Positions 9,419 through 18,649 of a stretch of 64,000 nucleotides of DNA are shown here, in pieces. Numbering within the stretch: position 1 is the first letter of the stretch; every line of letters starts with the position of its first letter. The notes beneath the pieces are model-generated. The model saw only the letters and a list, made by a program, of their open reading frames with translations, was not told the DNA's origin and made no database searches. The stretch comes from a virus (lineage: Duplodnaviria > Caudoviricetes). A program made the position numbers and the translations under genes. The stretch is taken from positions 55,238 through 119,237 of IMG/VR virus record IMGVR_UViG_3300012007_000001; one strand, 5' to 3'.

Positions 9419-9973
9419 TCAGAATTTCAATGTTTGCTGTTCACCGACAATCTGTTTCTTTCGCATATCCCAATACCTGCACGATGCCAGCCTTGCGACC
9501 GTCAGCCTTTCTTCAAGGAACAGCTTACGCGCACCACTGCGATTACTTAGCTTTTTCGGCTCGTAGCTGAGATAGCCACGTTCATCATACCAAATAACAG
9601 CAGGGTAGAACTGCGTCACGCGGTTTTCAAATTCGCTTTCGTGGTTGTAGAGCAAGCCTATCTTTTTCCATTCAGCCTGAAACAACTCCAACGCCTTTTC
9701 ACGTATCGACTTTGGCAGGCAGTAATAGAATCTATACACCTTTTCGTCATTGTGAAAGATGTCTTTCTTGAAGTCTGCCCTCAAATCCTCGATTGAACGC
9801 TTGATTTCTATTTCCGTCAGATAGCCGCTTTTGTTGACAATGGCGAGGTCTGCCTCATGATTCAGCAAGCCCCATGACAGGTTAGGGATGATGATGTCAT
9901 TCCGTACACTGGCCATGCCCGAACCGAATATCAGCGCGTTTTCTATGTCACGCACACTTAGATTCGTGTCCAT
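9419..9973 (-). CDS. MmcB-like PD-(D/E)XK nuclease
   Basis: EADL.......LTEIEIKRSIEDLRADFKK. Confidence 0.75.
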   Translation of the reverse strand: MDTNLSVRDIENALIFGSGMASVRNDIIIPNLSWGLLNHEADLAIVNKSGYLTEIEIKRSIEDLRADFKKDIFHNDEKVYRFYYCLPKSIREKALELFQAEWKKIGLLYNHESEFENRVTQFYPAVIWYDERGYLSYEPKKLSNRSGARKLFLEERLTVARLASCRYWDMRKKQIVGEQQTLKF

Positions 9974-10188
9974 ATCCTACTGCTTGACGAAAATCACATT
10001 CTTACCGTCCTTTCGCTTGTCAGCCTTGCATTCACCGTGAAAGTTCCACACATTCATGCGGTTGCAGTGCTGATGACGATAGAAACAGCCATCACAACTC
10101 TTGCTTTCTGACTCCTTGACCTGCAAAGAAACCGACCTGTTTCTGTCTGTGCGGTCATTGTAAACTTCACCAATTTGCCTTTCCATAA

Positions 10189-10725
10189 TTATATAGTTTT
10201 GAATTTATATCCATGCACAGTGCCGTTTCTTGATAGCGCACCTGATATTTGATTCTTCGGGATGCCGAGGTCAACGGCTGCGGCCTTGATAGACGGGTAT
10301 TCCTTCCCTGTAGTGACACAAAGGACTGGCTTTCTTACTACCACCTTGCCGAACCTGCAATTAGGGTCATGCACAAGCCTGTAAGCCGTCTGCCTGTACT
10401 GCTCTTTTCGCTTTTGCCGACTTTCCTCCGACCATTCCGACATGGGCTTGAATGTTGACGTGCCTTTCTTCATCGGCTGCGTGTACTTCGTGCGCTTATA
10501 TGCCAATTCATGCGTCCTGCCCTCAAGCCATAACTTATGATACTCGTCGTTATACATCCATTTCAGGCCGTAGTACAGATGACCAGTCTTGCAGGCATCG
10601 CTAATCTTGCCTGCTGTCAGGTTGTACTTCCGTGCCGCATCGACTATCCTTTCAAAATAGCCGCACATCGAACCGTCTGCATCAACGGCAACAATGTCCT
10701 TTGTTCGTTTGTCTTTCTTTTCCAT
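10189..10725 (-). CDS. NUMOD1-type DNA-binding protein (homing endonuclease-related, no nuclease domain seen)
   Basis: Two modules FERIVDAARKYNL...ISDAC and KPVLCVTTGKEYPSIKAAAVDLGI...IS. Confidence 0.75.
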   Translation of the reverse strand: MEKKDKRTKDIVAVDADGSMCGYFERIVDAARKYNLTAGKISDACKTGHLYYGLKWMYNDEYHKLWLEGRTHELAYKRTKYTQPMKKGTSTFKPMSEWSEESRQKRKEQYRQTAYRLVHDPNCRFGKVVVRKPVLCVTTGKEYPSIKAAAVDLGIPKNQISGALSRNGTVHGYKFKTI

Positions 10726-10727
10726 AG

Positions 10728-10868
10728 TAGAGGGAGCAGGGCTCGAACCTGCGACACACACAATCCATGTGTAACTTCATGTATGCGAGGCTGCTATTCT
10801 TGCGCTCGTATTTACAGCCATCCTCCCGTTCCATATACGGGTGTGCTAACCAACTACACCATCCCCCT
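10728..10868 (-). ncRNA. tRNA-like element with a 72-nt variable-region insertion
   Basis: AGGGGGA/TCCCTCT acceptor, GTGT/GCAC D stem, CCCGT/ACGGG stem with ATATGGA loop, GCAGG-TTCGAGC-CCTGC T arm. Confidence 0.7.
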
Positions 10869-11073
10869 GTTTTCAAAAATGGCGGCGGGCTGCGCTACCA
10901 GCCTCTCGCGCCCTGCATGACGGTGGATTCACACCCTTTCCATTTTATAAGGGTTTCTATCCGAATAAATTGAAACGTATTGCAATGCAGGTTTTACCGC
11001 TATAGGACATACCTAACCACCGAATAACTTAATTTTTTATCAATCGTATGAACATGTAACCATTTCCCACCCT

Positions 11074-11358
11074 TCAACCCTTGCACTCCCATTTAGCTGG
11101 CGGTCTGTGTCTGTAACCCGCCATCGTATTTGAATCGGGAGGTGTCATTGTAATGTATTCCGTAACGAATAGCATCAGCGTCGTTTCAGAATTGATTGGC
11201 AGCATTGTGAAACACGCCGTTTCAGCAGCATCGAAATGCAATGACTTTGCTACTACCGCCGTTTTCCTTCCGTCATCGTATAACGGCCTTGCTTCGGCAG
11301 TGAACATCAGACTGGCGAGAAATGCAGTCACCAAAAAGAGATTCATTTTCATGAGCAA
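11074..11358 (-). CDS. Small protein with predicted signal peptide
   Basis: MKMNLFLVTAFLASLMFTAEA. Confidence 0.5.
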   Translation of the reverse strand: MLMKMNLFLVTAFLASLMFTAEARPLYDDGRKTAVVAKSLHFDAAETACFTMLPINSETTLMLFVTEYITMTPPDSNTMAGYRHRPPAKWECKG

Positions 11359-11376
11359 AACTTTGTTTTTTAGTTA

Positions 11377-12192
11377 TTAAATGACCGAACTGAAAAGATT
11401 CGGCTGAATATTCTCTTCTATAAACTTGCAGGCTTCCCGATAGAAATTCTTGTCTATTTCAAAGCCGTAAGCCTTACGCCCAAGATTCGCGGCTGCAAGC
11501 AACGTCGAGCCACTGCCAGCCACGGGGTCAATCACAACATCGTCGGGGTCTGTGAACAGTTCTATCAGACGCTCCAGCAGTGCAATGGGCTTTTGTGTCG
11601 GATGGATTTTCTTCACACGGGTTTCACGGGGAAATTCCATGCAGTTGAAAACCATATTGCCATTGTTGTTGAACTTCGGCAACCTGTCACGGTACAGGAC
11701 TAATCCCCATTCCGTATTTCCGACAATCTTCATGTTTGCCTTGAGCACCTGTGCCGAATAGTTCTTTCTGAACACCAACGGTATGTATTTTGCAAGGCCA
11801 TAACGCTTTCCAAGGTCAATGAAATATTGAAGCTGGTCAAACGCACAGAACAGAACCATGCACGGCGACTGGCTTTTCATCTTACTGCCGACCTTCGGGG
11901 CGTTTTCAAGTTCCTCTTCACTGACACCGTATTTCGGCTCTTTCACCAACAGCTGACTGCAAAAGTGCATAAACTCCGCAGGTTTGAAGTTGACATCAGA
12001 ATTAAAGAACTGCTTACCTGCAAGTTCCGATTCACCGTTTTTATTGTCACCATCCTTATACCACGCGGGGTTGCTGGCATAGGCATTGTTACCAAGCGAA
12101 TACGGCACGTCCGCAATAATCAGCTGTGCCTTTGGTATCTGATAGCCTTTCCAGTTTTGATAGGAATCATTATACAGTTCTATCCGTTTCAT
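11377..12192 (-). CDS. N4-C/N6-A DNA methyltransferase (beta class)
   Basis: DVPY catalytic motif, HPTQKP, DPVAGSGST. Confidence 0.92.
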   Translation of the reverse strand: MKRIELYNDSYQNWKGYQIPKAQLIIADVPYSLGNNAYASNPAWYKDGDNKNGESELAGKQFFNSDVNFKPAEFMHFCSQLLVKEPKYGVSEEELENAPKVGSKMKSQSPCMVLFCAFDQLQYFIDLGKRYGLAKYIPLVFRKNYSAQVLKANMKIVGNTEWGLVLYRDRLPKFNNNGNMVFNCMEFPRETRVKKIHPTQKPIALLERLIELFTDPDDVVIDPVAGSGSTLLAAANLGRKAYGFEIDKNFYREACKFIEENIQPNLFSSVI

Positions 12193-12204
12193 TATTATCT
12201 TGTT

Positions 12205-12888
12205 TTACATATCAAACATATCAAGCTGTTTTGCCACCCTGCCATCTTTCAGTACCACCTCGCCATGACAGATTTCATTGAAGCGTTTCTCCTGTTCGCC
12301 ATAATACTCATCGTCTATTTCCGTGGCGTAGAAATCAAAGCCCATTCTGTAGGCCGCTATCCTGCTGCTACCACTACCCAAAAACGGGTCAAAGATAACA
12401 TCACCATTTTGCGCATAGTTTTTCAGAATCCACGCATACAGGGCTATAGGTTTCTGCGTAGGATGTATGCGCGTTTCCTCGTTGTTCTGCTTCGTCGCCG
12501 CATACCGAAATATCTTTGCCGTCCTGTCCGTGAACGTAGTCAGTGCCAGTTCACACATGGCGAAAGACAACCCTTCGGGCTGTGCCTTATCCCACACAAT
12601 CCACGCCTTTGAATCAACGGGTATTTCCGAAATGAAATGGTTTGCACCGAACACTATCAGATTCTTGGATATTCGCAGCATTTCGTCGAAATACTCCTTT
12701 GCTGGAGGTGTCTTATCCCATTCTTTGTATGCTCGGCCTTTCTCCTTGCAGATTCTTCCGCTGGAGTTGATGTCTATGCCATAAGGCGGGTCTGCAATGG
12801 TAAGGCTGAAATGTTTGTCGGGCAAAGTTTTCATGTAAGACAGGCAATCCATCTTGAAAACTTTACTTATAGGTTCATTTTCTACCAT
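12205..12888 (-). CDS. N4-C/N6-A DNA methyltransferase (beta class)
   Basis: DPPY, HPTQKP, DPFLGSGS. Confidence 0.95.
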   Translation of the reverse strand: MVENEPISKVFKMDCLSYMKTLPDKHFSLTIADPPYGIDINSSGRICKEKGRAYKEWDKTPPAKEYFDEMLRISKNLIVFGANHFISEIPVDSKAWIVWDKAQPEGLSFAMCELALTTFTDRTAKIFRYAATKQNNEETRIHPTQKPIALYAWILKNYAQNGDVIFDPFLGSGSSRIAAYRMGFDFYATEIDDEYYGEQEKRFNEICHGEVVLKDGRVAKQLDMFDM

Positions 12889-13217
12889 TTTATTCTAAGT
12901 GTTCCAATATTGTTGTGTTTATACTTATACTCCACGTCAGGATGCTCCTCCTTATATCGTCGCTGACATGCCCTGCAATACGGCTGTCTGCCATCCTTTG
13001 CCTTTCGGGATAGATTGAACAGGTTGAACGGCAAAACCTTTCCGCAATATGGGCATCGCTTCTTTTTCTGCGTGAAGTCCATATCTTCAAACGGCAAAAC
13101 TTGTTCTATGACTTTCTGCCGTTTTAGTGGCATCTGTATGATTTGCTGGCGTTCCGTTCTGCGTCTGAATAAGTCGAGCGTCAGCTGTCTATGTTTGTAG
13201 ATTCGCCGTCGTTTCAT
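12882..13217 (-). CDS. Zinc-finger protein
   Basis: CPYCGK..PF..F......KDGRQPYCRAC. Confidence 0.65.
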   Translation of the reverse strand: MKRRRIYKHRQLTLDLFRRRTERQQIIQMPLKRQKVIEQVLPFEDMDFTQKKKRCPYCGKVLPFNLFNLSRKAKDGRQPYCRACQRRYKEEHPDVEYKYKHNNIGTLRIKW

Positions 13218-13465
13218 TTTTCTTACATCTGTTTTTACGATACCATTCTCGGTGATATGCCCTGCGTCTTTCCACATCATGCTGAAACTTAACCTTCGGT
13301 GGCTTTGACAGCATTTCAACACTACGTCTTTCCTTCGCCTTGGCCAGTATGTCATCACGGTTAGCGATGTAATATTCATGCCGTTTGGCCAGCCGCTCGT
13401 CACGGTTTCGCATATACCGCTCATGGTCGAGCCGTTTTCTTCTTTCCTTCGATGTCTCTGTCATC

Positions 13466-14608
13466 CTATATCCTCCTGTCCTTTGTAACCTTCCATACTT
13501 CCGCAAGCGGTGAGAGGTCGATTCTGTTTACCATCAGCTTGACCTCTTCGGGTGCTTTCTCGTAATAGAAGAAATCCCCTCGCTGCTTGTGCAGCCTTAA
13601 CATTCGCTTGCAAGTGGCTGTGAAGTTCAAAACAGGCTTTCCAGCAACGATGCGGGTCAAAAGCAATGCTGCCGCCTGTCTTGATGCCGTCAACGTCCTG
13701 TCCTTTCCGAATTTCAAGGTATGTGCGCAATAGTATGCCATGTGTGGCAATAACCGCTGTGTTAAGTACTCGCAAATGGGCTTGATGTCCTTTGTCTGAT
13801 GGTAGTCGTAAAGCAAAACGGATTCTTCCGCTGCATTGACAATAATCTCGTCGATGCGAGCCGCTTCATCCTTGTGCTGTTCCATTCTCCACCAGTCAGC
13901 CTTGTTGTCAGTCGGCCTAATCTTGCCTTGCTTGACGGCTTTCAGCCAGTTCACGCAGTCATCCCAATCCTTTGAGCGGTATCTGTAACGCTGGCCGCTG
14001 ATGGTGATTTCTGCCCTCCAGCAATCCTTGAAAACTCGCTTTCCGTTTTTCCACCCTTTCGATGCGTTGTCGTGGTAGATAGTACCTGTGCTTTTTCGTC
14101 CGAACTTGTTCTCAGAATCATACATATTGATGTTTTTCTCGTCTGCATAATCCTGTAACGAATCCAAATGTTCGGGATGCTTATCAGCTTTTTTCGTTTC
14201 GGGCTTGGTATATGACTTTTTCCTGACTGGCTTTTGTTCAGCTGGAGGTTCTGTTTTGACAGGTTTTGACTCCAACGATGCAGATTTTGACGGCTTGTTT
14301 GACTTTTTCGGCTTTTCGTCGGTCAAAACTTCCTTATCGGGATGCAATAGGTCGCCATGATACAGGTCTTTTGATTCTGCCCACCTGAACATGTGTTCCA
14401 TACATGAACGGGCTTTCACCTTTCTGTCATTTGGCTGCTCTGAACACGCGCACCATAAAGACAATGTAAAATCGCTGACCTCTTCAATATCCGTGTCTGC
14501 GTACTTCCTTAATATCACTGGCTGCATACTTTGCAGGCTTGACGACGCAAAGCGTTTCCATTCGGGCAGATTGCCCCACATTTGATATAGCTGTTTTATT
14601 GTCACCAT
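13466..14608 (-). CDS. Multi-domain putative DNA-binding protein
   Basis: 380 aa; K/P-rich linker; AP2-like WRAEITISGQRYR. Confidence 0.65.
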   Translation of the reverse strand: MVTIKQLYQMWGNLPEWKRFASSSLQSMQPVILRKYADTDIEEVSDFTLSLWCACSEQPNDRKVKARSCMEHMFRWAESKDLYHGDLLHPDKEVLTDEKPKKSNKPSKSASLESKPVKTEPPAEQKPVRKKSYTKPETKKADKHPEHLDSLQDYADEKNINMYDSENKFGRKSTGTIYHDNASKGWKNGKRVFKDCWRAEITISGQRYRYRSKDWDDCVNWLKAVKQGKIRPTDNKADWWRMEQHKDEAARIDEIIVNAAEESVLLYDYHQTKDIKPICEYLTQRLLPHMAYYCAHTLKFGKDRTLTASRQAAALLLTRIVAGKPVLNFTATCKRMLRLHKQRGDFFYYEKAPEEVKLMVNRIDLSPLAEVWKVTKDRRI

Positions 14609-15531
14609 AATGTCAGTTGTTGTGGCTGCTTTTTCTTTTCTTCCGCAACACTCGTTTGTTCGCGGATGGGTTGAACTGCCGCAGCGTCTTTGCGGTCAAC
14701 CTTGCGCTGCTCCTGTTTCTGTTCAGTTTCCTTTTCGTTCTGCATCCGTCTGACAGCCCACATTCGGGTACTGACGAATCGCATCGGATTAGTGTATTTC
14801 CGTATGCTTGGGATGTTTGTCGGGAAAGGCCACATGGCCTCGTTGATGATATATCCCAGCCTAACCTCGTCGGGTTCGCATAGCGTATCATGGCAGACAG
14901 CCTCGCCGAAACAGTTGTGCATCATCATGTTTATTGCCGACATCTTGACACAGTTGTAATCCAAATCTTCCGCAACAAGATACGGCCTTCGTGCCGCAAT
15001 CGTCGCTGCATCCCATTTTGCTTCATCACGCATAGCATCCAGCATCAGTTTGTTTCCTGCAAGCAGAAGTCGGCTTGAGCCAGCCGCAGGGTCACTAATT
15101 GTAATCCTTCTGCCGAATGCCGTTTGCGTAGTTGCCCACGTCCTGCCGTAGTCATCCCAATTTCCGCTTCTGATACAGGTCTGTGCCGTAGCCATGCAGA
15201 CACTTGGCGGTGTAAAAAACTGACCTTTGCCGCCACCGTTGGAGTGCAAAGACATATACAAGTCACCGAAAGCATCATACCAGCCCAGCTTTTCCGTCTG
15301 CTCCTTCATTATCAGGAAGTACACCCTTGCCATTTCACAGAAAGCCATAGACTCATCTTTCCCGAATTTCCATCCGTCGGGTTTGTTGCCGTCGGGGTCA
15401 AACATCCATAGCAGGTAATCAAGAAAGCCCTTAAACACTGTGTCGTAGTCGTAGCCCTTTCTGTGACATAAAGCCGTCATCAGTCTTTCAAGTGGTCTGA
15501 TAGCGGCCTCGCCCATGTAATCCTTGCTCAT
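14602..15531 (-). CDS. N-6 DNA methylase-like protein lacking the NPPY/F motif
   Basis: GDLYM...GKGQFFTP, DPAAGSSRLL; no motif IV after HDTL. Confidence 0.8.
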   Translation of the reverse strand: MSKDYMGEAAIRPLERLMTALCHRKGYDYDTVFKGFLDYLLWMFDPDGNKPDGWKFGKDESMAFCEMARVYFLIMKEQTEKLGWYDAFGDLYMSLHSNGGGKGQFFTPPSVCMATAQTCIRSGNWDDYGRTWATTQTAFGRRITISDPAAGSSRLLLAGNKLMLDAMRDEAKWDAATIAARRPYLVAEDLDYNCVKMSAINMMMHNCFGEAVCHDTLCEPDEVRLGYIINEAMWPFPTNIPSIRKYTNPMRFVSTRMWAVRRMQNEKETEQKQEQRKVDRKDAAAVQPIREQTSVAEEKKKQPQQLTLW

Positions 15532-15824
15532 ACCCCGTGTTCCTTATCGTATTCTTTCATCATGTCACAATCGGCCATACACAGGCCATAGTCAATATCG
15601 CAGTGCCAGTCGTATATGATATGCGGGCAGGTAGCGATGAATGCTTCCCTTTCCTGCATTTCCGTCGAGCCGTCGAAGTAACACCTGCAAACATTCGTAT
15701 CATCGTTTCTGACAATGCCCCTTTCGTCGCAAAAGCCCTTACCCCTCATGCTCTCCTTGCAGAATTGGGTACTCAGAGGCTTTTTCTTGAAGATGCAGTT
15801 TCCACAAGTCTTAACCTTTGCCAT
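15528..15824 (-). CDS. Cys-rich hypothetical protein
   Basis: MAKVKTCGNC... Confidence 0.6.
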   Translation of the reverse strand: MAKVKTCGNCIFKKKPLSTQFCKESMRGKGFCDERGIVRNDDTNVCRCYFDGSTEMQEREAFIATCPHIIYDWHCDIDYGLCMADCDMMKEYDKEHGV

Positions 15825-16653
15825 ACTTCTTGATGTAGTCCTGCGGCAGCATACCATATCTTTTCTTGAAAGCATCAACCATCCTTGCCTGACCTTCATT
15901 GTCAAGACCATAGACGTTATCAACTGTTCCACGCGCTGATTTCAGGACTTCCTCAACATTATCCTCCTTCGGCTTCGCCTTGAAGAATGTCGGTTGCGGC
16001 TGTTCTCCAGTCGATGACGGCAACACCTTGGATGTAATGCTTTTCGTCGGGTCTATACCGTTCTTTTCGCAGTATTCCTTATATGTGATGGCCGAAAGCC
16101 TGTCCTGCTCTTCCTTGAGTGCTTCCATCTTGCGCTCATACCTGTATTTTGCGACGTTTCTTTCAACCATAAACTCACGCAGGGATTTTGTGATTGCCAG
16201 CGGGTCAACAGTACCGTAAAACTCCGCATACTTACCCAACTTGAAGTTATAGAAGAAAAGCATCAGTTCCGTTATACGCAGATACGGATATTGCGTCACG
16301 ATGATTTGCGCCAGCTGCCTCAGTTGGTTCTCGTTCAGCTTATCCTTTGCACCGACAAACTCTGACAGGTCGAAAAGCTGTGCCACAAGCCACTGTTGCG
16401 CCGTGTTGCTAAGATATGCCACATTCAGGTGTGCCAGTGTAGGCACATTGCCGAAATAGCAGAAGAAATCATTCTTGACGGCCTCAAACTGTGCATCAGG
16501 ATTGAATGTTTTCAAAAACTGCTTATCAGTACCGAACATGCGCTTAATCGTCGCTTTCAGTTCCTTCCGCTCTAAGTTTGCTAATAAGGTTGGCCGCGTC
16601 ATTAAGGCGTTGCTCTGTTGTTGTGCCACTTCCATTGTAGGTTTGTTTGCCAT
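15811..16653 (-). CDS. Replication-associated protein (DUF6633-like)
   Basis: YLRITELMLFF..FK.G.Y..FYG.VDP..I; directly follows the initiator. Confidence 0.6.
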   Translation of the reverse strand: MANKPTMEVAQQQSNALMTRPTLLANLERKELKATIKRMFGTDKQFLKTFNPDAQFEAVKNDFFCYFGNVPTLAHLNVAYLSNTAQQWLVAQLFDLSEFVGAKDKLNENQLRQLAQIIVTQYPYLRITELMLFFYNFKLGKYAEFYGTVDPLAITKSLREFMVERNVAKYRYERKMEALKEEQDRLSAITYKEYCEKNGIDPTKSITSKVLPSSTGEQPQPTFFKAKPKEDNVEEVLKSARGTVDNVYGLDNEGQARMVDAFKKRYGMLPQDYIKKYGKG

Positions 16654-17230
16654 GATTGAATACCCTTTCATTGCCTGCCCATGTTGCAAGCCTTTGACCT
16701 ATTTCAAACGCGCCTTTGTCGCGCTCCTTCTCAAAAAGCATCTTCTTGCCGCCATTGTTTATCTGAGTCCAGTAGGAATAGAACTTGTTTAGCATATCCC
16801 TACCATACTTTTCCAAATACGGTTTCAGCTTCTCCGCAAACTCTGCCTTTCGTTCATCTAAGGTCTTTTTTGCAGAAGGTACAGGCGTTTTCGGCTGTTC
16901 GCCCTTGTCATCGTCTTTGTTCCTTGCTTGTTTTTTGGGCTTTTTCGGTGTGATGTATCTTTCAATGTCACAGACGGTTATCTGCAAAACGTTCCTTGTT
17001 GTTCCCCGTCTCGTTACCTTGTTAGTATCGGTTAAGCAGATTTCAGCCTGCTTAAATTTTGCGAGGCAGTTCCGAATGGTCTGCACAGACAATCCAGTAT
17101 CATTCTCGATTTCGGCATAGGACTTTTGCAGCACACCGTCATTCGATTCCAACAGCAGATACAGAAAGAAGTGCTCCATATTGGCATTACCATTCAGGAC
17201 GGCCAAAATTTCATCATCCAGCTGTATCAT
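16544..17230 (-). CDS. Phage replication initiator-like protein
   Basis: N-terminal wHTH (FLYLLL...SYAEI..DTGLS.QTIR..L), low-complexity linker, C-terminal FYSYW..KM.FE....RLATW. Confidence 0.7.
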   Translation of the reverse strand: MIQLDDEILAVLNGNANMEHFFLYLLLESNDGVLQKSYAEIENDTGLSVQTIRNCLAKFKQAEICLTDTNKVTRRGTTRNVLQITVCDIERYITPKKPKKQARNKDDDKGEQPKTPVPSAKKTLDERKAEFAEKLKPYLEKYGRDMLNKFYSYWTQINNGGKKMLFEKERDKGAFEIGQRLATWAGNERVFNHGKQTYNGSGTTTEQRLNDAANLISKLRAEGTESDD

Positions 17231-17232
17231 AC

Positions 17233-18411
17233 TTAATAGAATTTATTGGTTAGTTGTCTGCCGTTTGATTCGACAATCCATTTGCCTCGGCCAGTGTCAC
17301 GCAGCCACAAGTCCTCAACCTTTCCGAATTGCTGGTAAGTCTTGCACAGGTCAACAATCCAGCCCTTCTTTTCGATATACGGGCGAATTGCACGGCCTAC
17401 AATCTGATACCACATAGCCAGTGAACGTGTCGGCCTTGCCATTACGATAGTGTCTAATTCAGGATAGTCAAAGCCAGTGGTCAAAACGGCTGCATTCGCC
17501 ACGACCTTGATAGTTCCAGCCTTGAACTCTTCCAAAATCCTGTCACGTTCTTTCGGCTTGGTATCTCCAGTAACCAATGCCGCCGTCACACCTTCGGCCA
17601 TCAGCCTGTTCACAAGATAGTCGGCCTCGTAGATAAACCGCGTGAACACCAGTATTCCGTGACGTGGCACTTTGCTGTTATACACCAGCCTGTGCGTTAT
17701 CTGATACAGCCACTCCTTGATGTCAACACGCTCATATTCCGCTTGCACCGATTTGTCGGTATAGTCTGCACCTGTGCTGTTGACTACCAGCTTCGACGAA
17801 TCCCAACCCTTCGGCGGGCAGTCGAAATAGTCAAGCTGTGCAAGAAAGCCCTTCCGTAGCAAATCCTGTATCTGAACATAATATATCACCCTGTCAAACA
17901 CTCGCGGATTTGAGCGCGTGATGAATTTCAGCATTGAGCCGTAATCCTGATATGATACCAGTCTGTAAGGCGTGGCCGTCAGTCCAAGAATCTTTGTGTC
18001 GCCCAAAGCCTGAAAGAAATCCTTATACATTCCTTCCTTCGGATTCACGCGATGGCACTCGTCAACGATGATATACTTGAACCTCTTGAACATTTCAGGA
18101 TGGCTTTTCACGCTGCCAATCATGGCAAACGTGACACGCGATATTTCCTTCTTGTTGAATGATGCCGAATAGATGCTACAGTCAGTCATGCCATACGAAC
18201 AATACTTCTTATAGTTCTGTTCCAGTATCTCCTTGTTTGGCTGAAACACAAGCACATTATCATCCAGCCGATTAGCTATGTCTGCGATGATAAGCGACTT
18301 TCCGCATCCAGTAGGCGCAACAATCAGGCCGTTATACTTTTGGCCGTCAGTAAAGAATTTTATCGCTGCATCCGAGGCTTCCTGTTGATAATCCCTTAAT
18401 TTGTACGTCAT
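17233..18411 (-). CDS. SF2 DEAD/DEAH-box helicase (RadD/UvsW-like)
   Basis: PTGCGKS, DECH, TATP, LTTGFD, QIVGRAIR. Confidence 0.95.
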   Translation of the reverse strand: MTYKLRDYQQEASDAAIKFFTDGQKYNGLIVAPTGCGKSLIIADIANRLDDNVLVFQPNKEILEQNYKKYCSYGMTDCSIYSASFNKKEISRVTFAMIGSVKSHPEMFKRFKYIIVDECHRVNPKEGMYKDFFQALGDTKILGLTATPYRLVSYQDYGSMLKFITRSNPRVFDRVIYYVQIQDLLRKGFLAQLDYFDCPPKGWDSSKLVVNSTGADYTDKSVQAEYERVDIKEWLYQITHRLVYNSKVPRHGILVFTRFIYEADYLVNRLMAEGVTAALVTGDTKPKERDRILEEFKAGTIKVVANAAVLTTGFDYPELDTIVMARPTRSLAMWYQIVGRAIRPYIEKKGWIVDLCKTYQQFGKVEDLWLRDTGRGKWIVESNGRQLTNKFY

Positions 18412-18649
18412 CTTTCAAACCAGTATTTTTTCGGCCTGTCCTCAATCTGAGGCTCGCCGTTTCGTTTCTCTGACTTTCCACATGCCCGCGTACTGGCACA
18501 CATCTTGCCTTCTCCAGCACTGCATTCACTTATCAGCGGGTCATTGCCATACCTGACAATATGCCCGAACTTGCAGTTATAGCAGGTGTCGGCTCGTTCC
18601 ACTCTTACGGTTGTGGTGGTTGTTGTTGATGTCCTACCTCTTCCCATTC

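Noticed and set aside
10189-10725. Active homing endonuclease or group I intron
   Set aside because: Only NUMOD-type DNA-binding modules; no HNH or GIY-YIG motif and no interrupted host gene
11827-12612. Long antisense ORFs (also 5679-6299, 46591-47229, 47403-48023, 53024-53641)
   Set aside because: They lie opposite well-supported genes and show no recognisable motifs
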